NCBI GenBank assembly: GCA_050950285.1 | Contig: JBMNHG010000004.1 | Location: 124,001 to 177,070 of the forward strand | DNA: 53,070 bases | Reading direction: 5' to 3' | From: Kiritimatiellia bacterium | GTDB taxonomy: Bacteria; Verrucomicrobiota; Kiritimatiellia; RFP12; JBMNHG01 | In this document: piece after piece, positions 29,558-42,600 of the stretch | Position numbering within the stretch: position 1 is the stretch's first letter | Layout: every line of letters starts with the position of its first letter | The notes under the pieces: generated by a model | Database searches by the model: none | What the model was told of the DNA's origin: nothing | Seen by the model: only the letters and a program-made list of their open reading frames with translations | Program-made: the position numbers and the translations under genes

Positions 29558-30208
29558 TCAGGGACTGGGGAGTTCGGCCGCGACCTCCTGCTCGGTCAAG
29601 ACTCGGGCGAGGCCGGTGAGGCGATGGACTTCGAAGCCGAGCTGGAGGTAGCGGGGCGCATCCTTCGGCCCCGTTCGCTGGCGGTGGCGGAGGAGGAAAA
29701 TCCGCCGTACTTCGTCCGCGCCCCAGTCGTTCGAGCCTTCGCCTTCCGGTTCGCCCCAGTCGCCCCCGACGGCACATCCGCCGTCGGGGGCGAAGGTGAC
29801 GCTGGTAGGGCGTTCAAAGCGGGAGGCGTCGTCGACGGGATCATCCGCTCCGGACTTCGTGAGCACGAAGAAGACGCCGCGCGGGAGGTCGTTGGTTTTC
29901 CCGATGCACAGGGGGAACTGGCCCGTTGTGTCGGCGATGTCCGGCGTTGCGCACGAAACCCAGATGCGGCCAAGGGGAGGGCGAGGGGAGTCGGGGACGG
30001 AGTTGGTGATGCAGAGGCGGACGGGACGCCCGTGCGTGACGGCGAACTGCCGGGCGCGCTGGAGTTCGCCCATCATCAGCGATTCCGCGGCCCGCATGGC
30101 ATGGATGCGCCCCCAGGAGGGATAGGCCGCGACCGCCGCCATCAACAGCGCCACGACCAGCGCCATCGCGGAGACGAGTTCGATCAGCGTGTATCCGCCC
30201 CGTCGCAT
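29558..30208 (-). CDS. Prepilin/pseudopilin, GspH/FimT-like
   Basis: MRRGG|YTLIEL; ELQRARQFAV; VTFAPDG. Confidence 0.75.
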   Translation of the reverse strand: MRRGGYTLIELVSAMALVVALLMAAVAAYPSWGRIHAMRAAESLMMGELQRARQFAVTHGRPVRLCITNSVPDSPRPPLGRIWVSCATPDIADTTGQFPLCIGKTNDLPRGVFFVLTKSGADDPVDDASRFERPTSVTFAPDGGCAVGGDWGEPEGEGSNDWGADEVRRIFLLRHRQRTGPKDAPRYLQLGFEVHRLTGLARVLTEQEVAAELPSP

Positions 30209-30777
30209 CACGGTGCCTCCCAGGAGCGAATGGCGTCCGTCTCGTTGGCCCCGAGGGCGGACTTCCCTTGCCAGGACCAGACGGCGACGGGGTGGAGATC
30301 CGGATGCTGGTTCCACCCGTCAGGCCCTCTCCAGTCCCGGTTTGCCTTCTCGACCTGCGTCATCGCGAACTCTTGTCGCTCCGTCTCCCAGCGAACCGCC
30401 ATCTGGTAGGGATTCCCCCAGGGGTCGATGGCCGGCGAGGCGCCATCGGCGGTGCGATTCCCCGAGAACTCCAGATAGGCGATGCCGCGAGGGTTGTCCG
30501 TCGCGGTTTCCGGGCAATCTGCGGATGCGCGGAGGACAGCCACGATGTTCGAGACCGACACCTCTCCCGGGTGCCGGTCGGAGAGGAGCGGCCAGACACC
30601 GTAGTCCTGGCGATAGGCGAGCATGGCCTGCGCCAGGGCCCGCACTTCAAGCCCCGCCTGCCGGCGCTTCGTCGATTCGCGCAAGGCGCGGTTGGTCGCG
30701 AAGCCCAGGAGCATGAGCATCGCGATGACCAGCATCGACAGAAGCAGTTCGACAAGCGAAAAGGCGGCTTTGCGCAT
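30208..30777 (-). CDS. Prepilin/pseudopilin, GspG-like
   Basis: MRKAA|FSLVEL; AYRQDYGVWP; DPWGNPY. Confidence 0.8.
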   Translation of the reverse strand: MRKAAFSLVELLLSMLVIAMLMLLGFATNRALRESTKRRQAGLEVRALAQAMLAYRQDYGVWPLLSDRHPGEVSVSNIVAVLRASADCPETATDNPRGIAYLEFSGNRTADGASPAIDPWGNPYQMAVRWETERQEFAMTQVEKANRDWRGPDGWNQHPDLHPVAVWSWQGKSALGANETDAIRSWEAP

Positions 30778-31454
30778 CACTCGTTCCAGCTCCCGACGAT
30801 ACGTTCCTTGTTTCGCGAGACGCCGCTCCCATCCGTGTCTCCAACGTGGATTTCCGGATTGTAGGTCCAGACGATTACGCCGGCGCGGACGACGTGGTCG
30901 TCGTCGGTTTCGGCATAACTGTCGGGTTTCCAGGCGGGATCCGAGCGGTTTCCGGCGCACTGGCCGCAGTCGGGAAGCGCGATGCGGCCGTCGCCGTCGT
31001 GGTCGAAGCGGACGAAGTAGCAGCGGTTCACGTCCACGGAGGTCAAGCCCCATGGATTGATGGGGTTGCCGTCCTTGTCGAAGTGGATGAACTCCATGAG
31101 GGGGATGTTGTCGGGGTTGATTTTCGGATCGTCCTGCTCGTCCCCCTGGAGGGCGAGCGCGATGGTTTTGTCGATCCGGTAGGTCGTGTCCGACTGCGGA
31201 TAGGCGCCCTCTTTCGCCAGATTGGGCCAGATTTGATAGTGGGCGTAGTACTGCTTCCAGGCGCCTTCGATGCCCTTCACCTCGCCCAGGGCGACGGTGC
31301 GGTAGGAGTGGCGGTGGACGGCGCGGATGGCGGACAGGATCATGCCCAGCAGAATGGAGATCACGAACATCGAGACGAGCAGTTCCGAAAGGGCGAAGCC
31401 GCTTCGGCCGCCTGCCGTGCGATGGGGTATGCGGAGAGGGTGGGGGACGTTCAT
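30777..31454 (-). CDS. Prepilin/pseudopilin
   Basis: RSG|FALSEL; QYYAHYQIWP; INPWG. Confidence 0.75.
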   Translation of the reverse strand: MNVPHPLRIPHRTAGGRSGFALSELLVSMFVISILLGMILSAIRAVHRHSYRTVALGEVKGIEGAWKQYYAHYQIWPNLAKEGAYPQSDTTYRIDKTIALALQGDEQDDPKINPDNIPLMEFIHFDKDGNPINPWGLTSVDVNRCYFVRFDHDGDGRIALPDCGQCAGNRSDPAWKPDSYAETDDDHVVRAGVIVWTYNPEIHVGDTDGSGVSRNKERIVGSWNE

Positions 31455-32041
31455 AGGGCGAGGAAGATGTCGTCGTTGGTGTAGGCCTTGGAGGAGCGAT
31501 CGCCTGCGTCCATCTTCTCCAGCCAAGGGCCGCAAGAGTAGATTTCGAAGGTGTCTTCCCCCTCCAGCGCCACGTCGTCTTCGTCGATCTCCTCCGGATT
31601 GCGGCCGAGGGGACGGTAGCGATAGGGGCGTCCCCAGGGGTCGATGTTCGACGCGATGGAGAGTTTGTTCGACCAATTCCAGACGTCGCCGCCGGCGTCG
31701 GAATTGCCGCTGGACATCGTCGCGAAGGGATAGGGCCGGCCTCCCTCGTCCTCCCAGAGCCTCCACAGGTTCGTGATGGCCCAGCTTCCGTCCTCGAAGC
31801 GGGAATCGCGCGTGGAGCAGGCCTCCAGTTCCGCCTGGGCGGGGGGGGCGCCGAAGGTGCGGGCGTAGTGCTCGACGACCTCCGACAATTCCGCGATGTC
31901 GGCGCGGGCTCGCGCCTGGTTCGCGGCGAAGCGCGAATGGCGTGCGAGGACGGTCAGCCCGCCCATCAAGACGCCCAGGATCACAATCACCGCGAACACC
32001 TCGATGAAGGTCATGCCCGATTTGGAGCCACTGCGTTCCAT
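31451..32041 (-). CDS. Prepilin/pseudopilin, GspG-like
   Basis: KSG|MTFIEV; DPWGRPYRY; FEIYSCGP; DDI. Confidence 0.8.
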   Translation of the reverse strand: MERSGSKSGMTFIEVFAVIVILGVLMGGLTVLARHSRFAANQARARADIAELSEVVEHYARTFGAPPAQAELEACSTRDSRFEDGSWAITNLWRLWEDEGGRPYPFATMSSGNSDAGGDVWNWSNKLSIASNIDPWGRPYRYRPLGRNPEEIDEDDVALEGEDTFEIYSCGPWLEKMDAGDRSSKAYTNDDIFLAL

Positions 32042-32083
32042 GCACAAAGATAGGAAGCAGGAATCATGCCGCAGGACAGGGAC

Positions 32084-32117
32084 AAAAAACGGCGCGCCGC
32101 TTTTCACGGCGCGCCGT
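32084..32117 (-). terminator. Intrinsic terminator after the first pilin gene
   Basis: Perfect 11-bp stem ACGGCGCGCCG/CGGCGCGCCGT followed by T6 on the minus strand. Confidence 0.85.
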
Positions 32118-32151
32118 CGCTTTCAGCACGGGGCTGGAACGGGGGTTATGG

Positions 32152-32868
32152 CTACTCGGCGCAGGGGTAGATCGTCAGCTCCCCATCTTGGCTGGCGAGA
32201 CCGGCGACCTGGTAGTTGGTGAGGTACTTCGGACGGGCGTCGGACACGGATCCGCCCTTGGTCACCCACACGGCGCGGGCCTTGCCGAAGGGGTTCACGC
32301 CGTCGCGGAGATTGAGACGTTGCTCCGCCCCCTGATCCGTGCAGAATGTCAGATTGACCGGCTCAAGATTCTTGGTGATCATGAGGGGGTATTCGGCGGG
32401 GGAGTTGTTGTCCACGGCGTAGATGTGCCAGGCGCAGTTTTCACCCTCGATGGCGCCATCGGTCTTCGCGGGGGCGATGCCTTGGGCGATGAAGGATTCG
32501 GGGGTGAGGTCGGAGACCAGGCGGATGTTGGTGTCTTGCTCGATGACGCCCTTGTTCGCTTCGGTTCCATCGGAGAGCAGGTAGGTGAAGTAGGCGTTGG
32601 CGGACTTGTCCACGGTTACTGCGGCGTTCTCGTTGGAGCAGACGTCGGCCGGCCAGAGCGAGTCGAGGTTGAGGGGCTCGCGCTCCATGTTGGCGGAAAG
32701 GATGGCGGTCCAGATGCCGCGTCCCTTGTTCTTCAGCGTTGTGGCGCGGGCCTGGTTCATGGCGCCGGTGATCGCCGGGAAGAGGGCGGACGCCAGCAGC
32801 GCGATGATGGCGATGACGACGAGGAGCTCGACCAGGGTGAAACCCTGCTTGAGGATGGACTTCTTCAT
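32152..32868 (-). CDS. Probable major type IV pilin-like protein
   Basis: KQG|FTLVELLVVIAIIALLA; own promoter and terminator. Confidence 0.85.
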   Translation of the reverse strand: MKKSILKQGFTLVELLVVIAIIALLASALFPAITGAMNQARATTLKNKGRGIWTAILSANMEREPLNLDSLWPADVCSNENAAVTVDKSANAYFTYLLSDGTEANKGVIEQDTNIRLVSDLTPESFIAQGIAPAKTDGAIEGENCAWHIYAVDNNSPAEYPLMITKNLEPVNLTFCTDQGAEQRLNLRDGVNPFGKARAVWVTKGGSVSDARPKYLTNYQVAGLASQDGELTIYPCAE

Positions 32869-32958
32869 AGTGATGATACCCTTTCAAAGTGGCTTCCGCA
32901 GTTGTTGCGGCCGCCGGTTCCTGCCACACGTGAACACATGCACGGCTTGAGCGTCAAA

Positions 32959-32987
32959 AGTATCGCACGGGCCGCACGAGGGGTCAA
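32959..32987 (-). promoter_or_regulatory. Putative sigma-70 promoter of the pilin gene
   Basis: TTGACC-N17-GATACT on the minus strand. Confidence 0.5.
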
Positions 32988-33091
32988 TACCATTTTTAGG
33001 CGGAAAAGGACGGCGGGACGGCGGGCAAGACGGCGCGGGATCGCCGGTGCCTGGGATCTCTCGATTACGGCCTGTTCTGTCTCGGTTCATG

Positions 33092-33170
33092 GAGGCTCTT
33101 GCAAAACCCGGTCCATCCGGCCCGCCGGGGACGGCGGTCCCCAGGGGCAAGGGGTTTTGCAATCGCCCCT
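33092..33170. repeat. REP-containing miniature element with inverted ends, copy upstream of gyrB
   Basis: GGCTCTTGCAAAACCC ... GGGTTTTGCAATCGCC enclosing GGCCCGCCGGGGACGGCGGTCCCC; related copy at 38827. Confidence 0.7.
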
Positions 33171-33218
33171 ATGGTCCGGCGGGTTGAGGGGCCTTGAAGG
33201 CACACAAACGAGCCCTCT

Positions 33219-33257
33219 CGCGTGCGCGCACACGCGTGTGCGCACGCGCACGCGCAT
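33219..33257. other. 39-bp perfect alternating pyrimidine/purine tract containing an 18-bp palindrome
   Basis: CGCGTGCGCGCACACGCGTGTGCGCACGCGCACGCGCAT; palindrome at 33226..33243. Confidence 0.85.
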
Positions 33258-33264
33258 TATGCGC

Positions 33265-33293
33265 TTGCGCGCGGGAGGGAATCCTGGTATCCT
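33265..33293 (+). promoter_or_regulatory. Putative gyrB promoter
   Basis: TTGCGC-N17-TATCCT with TGn extended -10. Confidence 0.55.
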
Positions 33294-33363
33294 GGAATGG
33301 CTTCCCCCATCAGGGAGGAAGCGTTCTTTTTTTTGTCCCGGTCCAACAAGACAAGGATTTCCC

Positions 33364-35898
33364 ATGGATGACACGGAAGCCCTGGCGCCGATGGAGTATG
33401 GCGCCAGTCAAATCCAGGTGCTGGAAGGCATGGAGGCCGTTCGCAAGCGCCCGGCAATGTATATCGGCGATACCTTTGAGCGCGGGTTCCACCATTGTGT
33501 CTACGAGGTGGTCGACAACGCGATCGACGAAGCGATGGCGGGCTATTGCACGCACGTCGAAGTGACGCTCAACCTGGACGGTTCGTGCACGGTCAAGGAC
33601 GACGGGCGCGGCATCCCCGTGGACATGCATCCCACCGAGAAGCGGCCCGCCGTGGAGGTCGTGCTTACGGTTCTCCACGCCGGCGGCAAGTTCGGCGGGG
33701 GGGGCTACAAGGTTTCGGGAGGGTTGCACGGCGTGGGCGTCTCCTGCGTGAACGCCCTTTCCGAGTGGCTCGAAGTGGAGGTCAAGCGCGACGGCAAGGT
33801 TCATCGCGTGCGCTTCTCCCGCGGCCATGTCACCAAGCCCCTCGAGGTGGTGGGGGAATGCCCGGCCGGAGAGACCGGCACCACGGTCACCTTCCGTCCG
33901 GACAAGGAGATCTTCCACGATGCGAACGGGAACAGCTTCGACTTCGATTGGGACACCCTGTCCAAGCGCTTCAAGGAACTGGCGTTCCTGAATCCCGGCG
34001 TGGAAATCCGCTTTAACGACGAAAACACGAAGAAGCACGCGGTCTACCTCCAGAAAGACGGCATCGTCGGCTACATCCGCTCGCTTACGAAGCACAAGAT
34101 GTCCATCGAGCAGGCCAAGGATGGCACGAGGCTGCCCTGTCCGAACGCGGAGGTCATTTCCATGCAGGGCGTCGAGAGCGGCGTCACCGTCGAAGTCGCC
34201 ATGCAATATTGCGCCGAGGACTTCGACGAGCACATCTACACCTTCGCGAACAACATCAACACCCACGAGGGCGGCACGCACCTGGTCGGCTTCTGCACCG
34301 CCCTCACGAGCGTGGTGAACGACTATGCCCGCGCGATGCAGCGCGACAAGGCGAAGGGGAAGGGGAGGGGCGCGGCCAAGGCCGAGGAGTTCGAATCGAT
34401 CGACGGCAGGGACATCCGCCAGGGGCTCTACTGCGTCGTCTCGGTGAAGGTTCCCGATCCCCAGTTCGAAGGACAGACCAAGACGAAGCTCGGCAACAAC
34501 AACGTCCGAGGCATCGTCCAGAAGGTCGTCGGCGCGAAGCTCAAGGACTGCTTCGAGGAAAACCCTTCCCTGAAGAACGCCATCGTGGAGAAGGCGCTCG
34601 TCGCCCAGCAGGTGCGCATCAAGATCAAGGAATTCACGGACAGGACGCGCAAGGAAGAGGGCAAGCTCGGGAAGTTTCTCGGCAAACTGCGCGACTGCTC
34701 CAGCCGGAACCGCGACGAATGCGAGCTTTTCCTGGTGGAGGGCGACTCCGCAGGCGGATCCGCCACGCAGGGGCGCGACCGCAGGACCCAGGCCATCCTC
34801 CCGCTTCGCGGCAAGGTCCTGAACGTGCAGAAGGCCTCGATCGACCGCATGATGGCCAACCAGGAAATCCACTCGCTCATTTCCGCGATCGGCGGCGGAT
34901 ACGGCAACCAGCCCCCCGAAGAAGGCGGCTTCGACGTGGGCAAGATCCGCTACGACAAGGTCGTGATCATGACCGATGCCGACGTGGACGGCGCGCACAT
35001 CCGCACGCTGCTGCTCACCTTCTTCTACCGGCAGATGCGCGCCCTCATCTCCCATGGCCACGTCTACCTCGCGCAACCGCCCCTGTATGGCTTGAAGAAG
35101 GGCAAGAACATCGAATACATCGAGAGCGACGCCAAGCTCACGAGCCGCCTGATCTCGCTGGGCGCCGAGGACTTTTCCTTCGCCGGCGCCGACGGTTCCG
35201 CGAAGGTCGAGCCCCGGCAGATGCCGGATCTCACCCGCACGCTTGCCGCGGCCGAATCGCTCTGCAAACGCCTCGCCAAACAGAACGTCGACATCCGGCG
35301 CTACTTCGACGCCCGCACCGGGGCCGGCGAATTCCCGCGCTTCCGCGTGATCGTGGACACCGACGGCAACCCCGTCGAACACTACGTCTTCCGCATGGAC
35401 GAGGTGAAGGCGCTCCAGGCCGAAACCGCGGCCCTCCTGGAATGCGAACTCGAAGCCCTCGACGAGGACGACAACCCCAACTTCCATTGCACCGAGATTC
35501 TCCAGTCGAAGACCCTCCGGACGCAGATGGACAACCTCGCCGAACTCTACGGCTTCCGTCGCGGCGACTTCCTTGGCAGGGAAGGCGAAACCATTGGTAC
35601 GCTTGCCGACAAAGCGGGCAAGGAAACACCCGTCGAATCCCTGCTCGAAGTGCTCGAATCCGTCCGTGCGCGCGGCAGGAAGGGCTTCGTGATCCAGCGC
35701 TACAAGGGTCTCGGCGAGATGGACAAGGAGCAGCTCTTCGAAACCACCATGGACCCGGCCAATCGCAAGCTTCTCCAGGTCACCCTCGACGACACCGTCG
35801 AAGCCGACCGGGTCTTCCAGCTCCTGATGGGCGACGAAGTGGCCCCCCGCCGTCGCTGGATCGAGGAAAACTCCCTGATGGCCGAGATCGACGCCTAG
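33364..35898 (+). CDS. gyrB: DNA gyrase subunit B
   Basis: VRKRPAMYIG, EVVDNAIDE, GGLHGVG, EGDSAGG, PLRGK, MTDADVDG, QRYKGLGEM. Confidence 0.97.
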   Translation: MDDTEALAPMEYGASQIQVLEGMEAVRKRPAMYIGDTFERGFHHCVYEVVDNAIDEAMAGYCTHVEVTLNLDGSCTVKDDGRGIPVDMHPTEKRPAVEVVLTVLHAGGKFGGGGYKVSGGLHGVGVSCVNALSEWLEVEVKRDGKVHRVRFSRGHVTKPLEVVGECPAGETGTTVTFRPDKEIFHDANGNSFDFDWDTLSKRFKELAFLNPGVEIRFNDENTKKHAVYLQKDGIVGYIRSLTKHKMSIEQAKDGTRLPCPNAEVISMQGVESGVTVEVAMQYCAEDFDEHIYTFANNINTHEGGTHLVGFCTALTSVVNDYARAMQRDKAKGKGRGAAKAEEFESIDGRDIRQGLYCVVSVKVPDPQFEGQTKTKLGNNNVRGIVQKVVGAKLKDCFEENPSLKNAIVEKALVAQQVRIKIKEFTDRTRKEEGKLGKFLGKLRDCSSRNRDECELFLVEGDSAGGSATQGRDRRTQAILPLRGKVLNVQKASIDRMMANQEIHSLISAIGGGYGNQPPEEGGFDVGKIRYDKVVIMTDADVDGAHIRTLLLTFFYRQMRALISHGHVYLAQPPLYGLKKGKNIEYIESDAKLTSRLISLGAEDFSFAGADGSAKVEPRQMPDLTRTLAAAESLCKRLAKQNVDIRRYFDARTGAGEFPRFRVIVDTDGNPVEHYVFRMDEVKALQAETAALLECELEALDEDDNPNFHCTEILQSKTLRTQMDNLAELYGFRRGDFLGREGETIGTLADKAGKETPVESLLEVLESVRARGRKGFVIQRYKGLGEMDKEQLFETTMDPANRKLLQVTLDDTVEADRVFQLLMGDEVAPRRRWIEENSLMAEIDA

Positions 35899-35997
35899 CG
35901 CGGAACCCGTCTGGCGGCCGGGCGCGAGGACGTCGCGCAGATGCGCCGCCCGACTCCGGATCGACCTCGGAACGCGAACCCTTGTGAAGGATTGATC

Positions 35998-38802
<2,805 letters not shown>

Positions 38803-38826
38803 TCCGCCGGGCCGGAGATTCACAAC

Positions 38827-38978
38827 GAGGCTCTTGCAAAACCCGGCCCGCCGGGGACGGCGGTCCCAAAGAAGGCCGCACCTCCATCCGGCCCGCCGGG
38901 GACGGCGGTCCCCAGGGGCGGATCTGGAGGGTCGGGCTCTGTCCCGACCGGTTTACGCAAGGGGTTTCGCGGCGCGCC
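38827..38978. repeat. REP-containing miniature element, expanded copy downstream of gyrA
   Basis: Same left end GAGGCTCTTGCAAAACCCGG, two GGCCCGCCGGGGACGGCGGTCCC units, a GGAGGGTCGGGCTCTGTCCCGACC hairpin, degenerate right end. Confidence 0.7.
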
Positions 38979-38983
38979 GCTTT

Positions 38984-39679
38984 TTATGGGGACGGGGCGG
39001 CTCGGAAGCTTCCGGCGATGGCCGGGAGGAGGGTCATCGCGTCGGCAAGGTCTTGGGCAACCCAGTCCGCGCCGGCGTCCCGCAGGGTCTGCCCGTCGAA
39101 GCTGGAGAGGATCCCGAGGGCGCGGCATCCTGCCGTCCGGGCGGCCTGGAGCCCGGCCGGGGCATCTTCGATCACGAGGCAGTGCTCGGGCGGGAGGCCG
39201 AGACGCCCGGCGGCGAGCAGGAAGAGGTCCGGGGCGGGCTTGTGGCGCGTCACCATCGTACCGTCGACCACGGCGTCGAAGAAGCCTTCGGCCATGCCGA
39301 TTTGCGCGATGTTTCCGCTCACTTTCACGAAATCCGCGCTACTGGCCACCGCCAGGCGGCATCCCCGGTCCAGGCAGGCGCGCGCGAAGTCGTGCGCGCC
39401 GTTCATCGGCGGCATGCGGTCCCGGATGAGTTCCAGGTACAGCTCGTAGCAGCGGGCCTTGTCCGCGATGGGATCGAAGGGGATTCCGCGCTCTTCGGCG
39501 GGGCCGCCCAGAAAGCGGTTTTCGCCCATTCCCACGAACGGGTAGAAGGCCTCGTCGGGGATGTCCACGCCGTGCCGTTCGCGGAACATGGCGCGGGCGG
39601 CCTCCCGGATGAAGGGCTCGGAGTCGCACAGCACGCCGTCCATGTCGAACAGCACGCCGCGCCATGGGGAGGCGGCCAT
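38984..39679 (-). CDS. HAD-family phosphatase
   Basis: FDMDGVLCDSE, VASS, KPAPD, VIEDA. Confidence 0.9.
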   Translation of the reverse strand: MAASPWRGVLFDMDGVLCDSEPFIREAARAMFRERHGVDIPDEAFYPFVGMGENRFLGGPAEERGIPFDPIADKARCYELYLELIRDRMPPMNGAHDFARACLDRGCRLAVASSADFVKVSGNIAQIGMAEGFFDAVVDGTMVTRHKPAPDLFLLAAGRLGLPPEHCLVIEDAPAGLQAARTAGCRALGILSSFDGQTLRDAGADWVAQDLADAMTLLPAIAGSFRAAPSP

Positions 39680-42600
39680 CAGCGGCCTTCCCTCCCGAAG
39701 CGAAGCACGAAGCGGAAGCTGCAGCCGCCGGAAAAGACGAGGTGCTTCTCTTCGATGGCCGTGGACCAGGCCATGTAGCCGCCGATGCCGGCATGGCGAT
39801 GGTCGAGGTTGAGGAAGGTCTCGGCACGCCGCGGGAGGCGGTGGTCGTGGGTGGCGAGCTGGTAGTCGCGGACGGACGCATGGCGCGCGTCGAAGTGGAA
39901 GCGGAAGGGCGCGGTGACCGTGAGCGAAAGACCGTCGTCGCGGGAGATCCGGAGCCAGCGGGTGTCCTCGTGTCCGCCGCATTCGGCGGGCGGGACGAAG
40001 GGGAAGTGCTGGTCGGCGACGGTGGCGCGGTAGACGCCCACGGGCGTGTGCTCGAGGCGGTCGCAGTAGCATTCGCCGGGCCCCCGCCCGAACCAGTCGA
40101 GGGTTTCGAACCCTTCGGGGAGCGCGAGCGAGAGCCCCATGCGCGGGACGTGCGGGAGCGACCGGGAGACATCGAGCGCGGTGCCGATCACGAGTTCGCC
40201 GTCGGGCGCGATGCGCGTGCTGCCGATCGCGGCGGCCACCCGGGTGCCGTCGGGCGCGACGAGCGTTTCGTCGGTTTCAACCAGCACGGCGCCGTCGGAG
40301 AGGACGCTGGCGCGGGCGCCGTTGGAGTGGCGCACGAGGTTTTCGAGCGAACGCTGCCAGATGCCGTCGAACCCCCAGTGGGTCATGGCGTCGGTGTCGA
40401 GGCCGGAACGGGGGCGCGCGAGGTTCACGCGCGGGCCTTCGACGAGGACAGGTTCTCCCTCGTACGTGGCGGAGGAGAGAAGGCCGTCCTTGCGGTCGAA
40501 GACGAACGAGAGGGGACCTGCGGCGACGCGGAAATCGCTGTCGCTCTCGGCGAGCTGCGCCTTCGCATCGTGGGCGGCGGGCTTCGTCGCGGCAAAGGCG
40601 ACGGGCCGGGAAGAGAGGGCGAACTGCGCATGCGAAATCTCGTGCCCGGCCGAAGCCCACGGGGTGTCCGCGGCGAGGGTCACGATGAAATCGAGGTGGA
40701 GTTCGGCCCCGGCAGGGCGCTCGGGGAAGAACGTGTCCAGATCCACCGTGAAGGGCGCGTCCGCCATCGGCGCGGCGTCCGGGACGGGCAGGTCGCGGAC
40801 AACGGTTTCCACTCCGTCCACCTTCGCGACGGCGCGGAGGGCGAAGCCCTGCGAGGTGGTGGCGTGGTGGCGGTTGCGGAGGAGGAAACGGCCTTGGCGG
40901 ACGGCGTCGGCATTCGCGGCCGCGACGCGCAACGGCGCCTGGGCCTCCTTCACCTCGAGGGCGGCGGGCTTGGGCGTGAGGTCCGGCAGGACCATGCCGT
41001 TGCAGGTCATGTGGAAGGGGCAAACGCGCTCCACGTAGTCCTCGTTGAAATCGCCGCCATAGCCGGGGAATTCCTCGCCCGTGGCGGGATCCGTCGCGAC
41101 GAGGCACTTGTCCTGCCAATCCCAGACGAAGCCGCCTTGGAAGCGTTCGAAATCCTCGATCAGGCGGCTGAACCAGTCCATGCCGCCGCCGGAGTTGCGG
41201 ATCTGGTAGAGGTATTCGACGAGCACGACGGGGCGCGGGTCCTTGAGGTCGCCGAGCATGCGGATGATCATGTCCGGCGGAGCGTACATGTTGCCCCGGA
41301 TGTCGGAGACGAGTTTCGCGGGGCCGCCGGATTCGTACTGGACGAGCCGCGTGGGGTCGTAGGCGCGGATCCAGTTGGACATGGCGGCGTGGTTGGGGCC
41401 GCAGAGCGACTCGTTGCCCATCGACCACGAGACGATGGAGGGGTGGTTCTTGTAGACGAGCACCATGCGCGTGGCGCGTTCGAGGTAGGCGTTCGCCCAG
41501 GAAGGGTCGGTGGAGGCGAGGCCGCCGAGGGCATGGGTCTCGAGATTCGCTTCGCAGACGAGGCAGATGCCGAGTTCGTCGCAGAGGTCGTACCAGTCCG
41601 GCCCGTCGGGGTAGTGGCAGGTGCGCACGGCGTTTAAGTTCAGTTGCTTCATCAGGAGGATTTCGGCGCGCATGTGATCCTTCGGGACGGCGCGGCCGTG
41701 GTGGAGCGCGTGTTCGTGGCGGTTCGTGCCGCGGAAGATCATGCGGACGCCGTTGAGGCGGATCACGCCGTCGGGATCGATCTCGATGCGGCGGAAGCCG
41801 GTGCGGCAGGATTCGATGTCCACCACCTGCCCGTCGGCATCGAGCAGGGTGATGACGGTGGTATAGAGGCGGGGCGTCTCCGGCGTCCAGCGGGCGACCT
41901 CCGGGATGCGGATGTCGAAGAGGAAGGCGTTGCCCGTTTCCCTGGCGTACCAGGAGCGGGTGTTGAGCTTCGCTTCGCCGGAGGAGACGAGGCCGGCATA
42001 GGCGTCGAAGAGTTCGACCTTCACGGTGTGGTCGGCATAGCCGTCGCGCTGCTGGAGGAAGATTTCACCGCGCCAGACGGCGCCGTCGCCATGGAGGTCG
42101 GGGGTGGCCTGGACGAACCAGTCGCGCAGGTGGACGGCGGGCTTGGCGAAGAGGCGGACGGAGCGGAAGATGCCGGAGATGTGCCAGTAGTCCTGGTCTT
42201 CCAGCCACGAGCCGTCGCTCCAGCGCATGACCTGGAGGGCGACGGTGTTGGTTCCGGGGCGGAGGAAACGGGTGATGTCGAAGTCGCAGGGGAGCTTCGA
42301 ATCCTGCGAATAGCCCACGGGCTGGCCGTTGATCCAGAGGTAGAAGGCCGATTCGACGCCGCCGAAGAAGAGGTGCACGTCGAGGCCCTTCCAGTCGGCC
42401 GGCAGGTCGAAGGTGCGCACGTAGCAGCCGGTCGGGTTGTCTTCGGGCACCTGGGGCGGATTCAGCAGGAGATGCTCTTCGCCGGTCCAGTTGGACTTCA
42501 GCGTGGGCTTCACCAGGTAGGGGGCCTCGCGGTCGATGGGCCACGGCATGATGTGGTTCGTGTAGATCGGCTTGCCGAAGCCCTGGAGTTCCCAGTTCCC

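Noticed and set aside
32869..32950. Hairpin in the pilin 5' leader as a c-di-GMP riboswitch
   Set aside because: Some pairing is possible but I cannot match the class I or II consensus
32188..33363. N-terminal extension making GyrB 1236 aa
   Set aside because: Overlaps the pilin gene antisense and intergenic repeats; GyrB homology starts at 33364
35100..35680. GyrB insertion as a possible intein
   Set aside because: Position matches the known TOPRIM insertion of E. coli-type GyrB; no C...HN splice motifs
38827..38978. Repeat cluster as a CRISPR array
   Set aside because: Only two adjacent palindromic units, REP-like, and no cas genes
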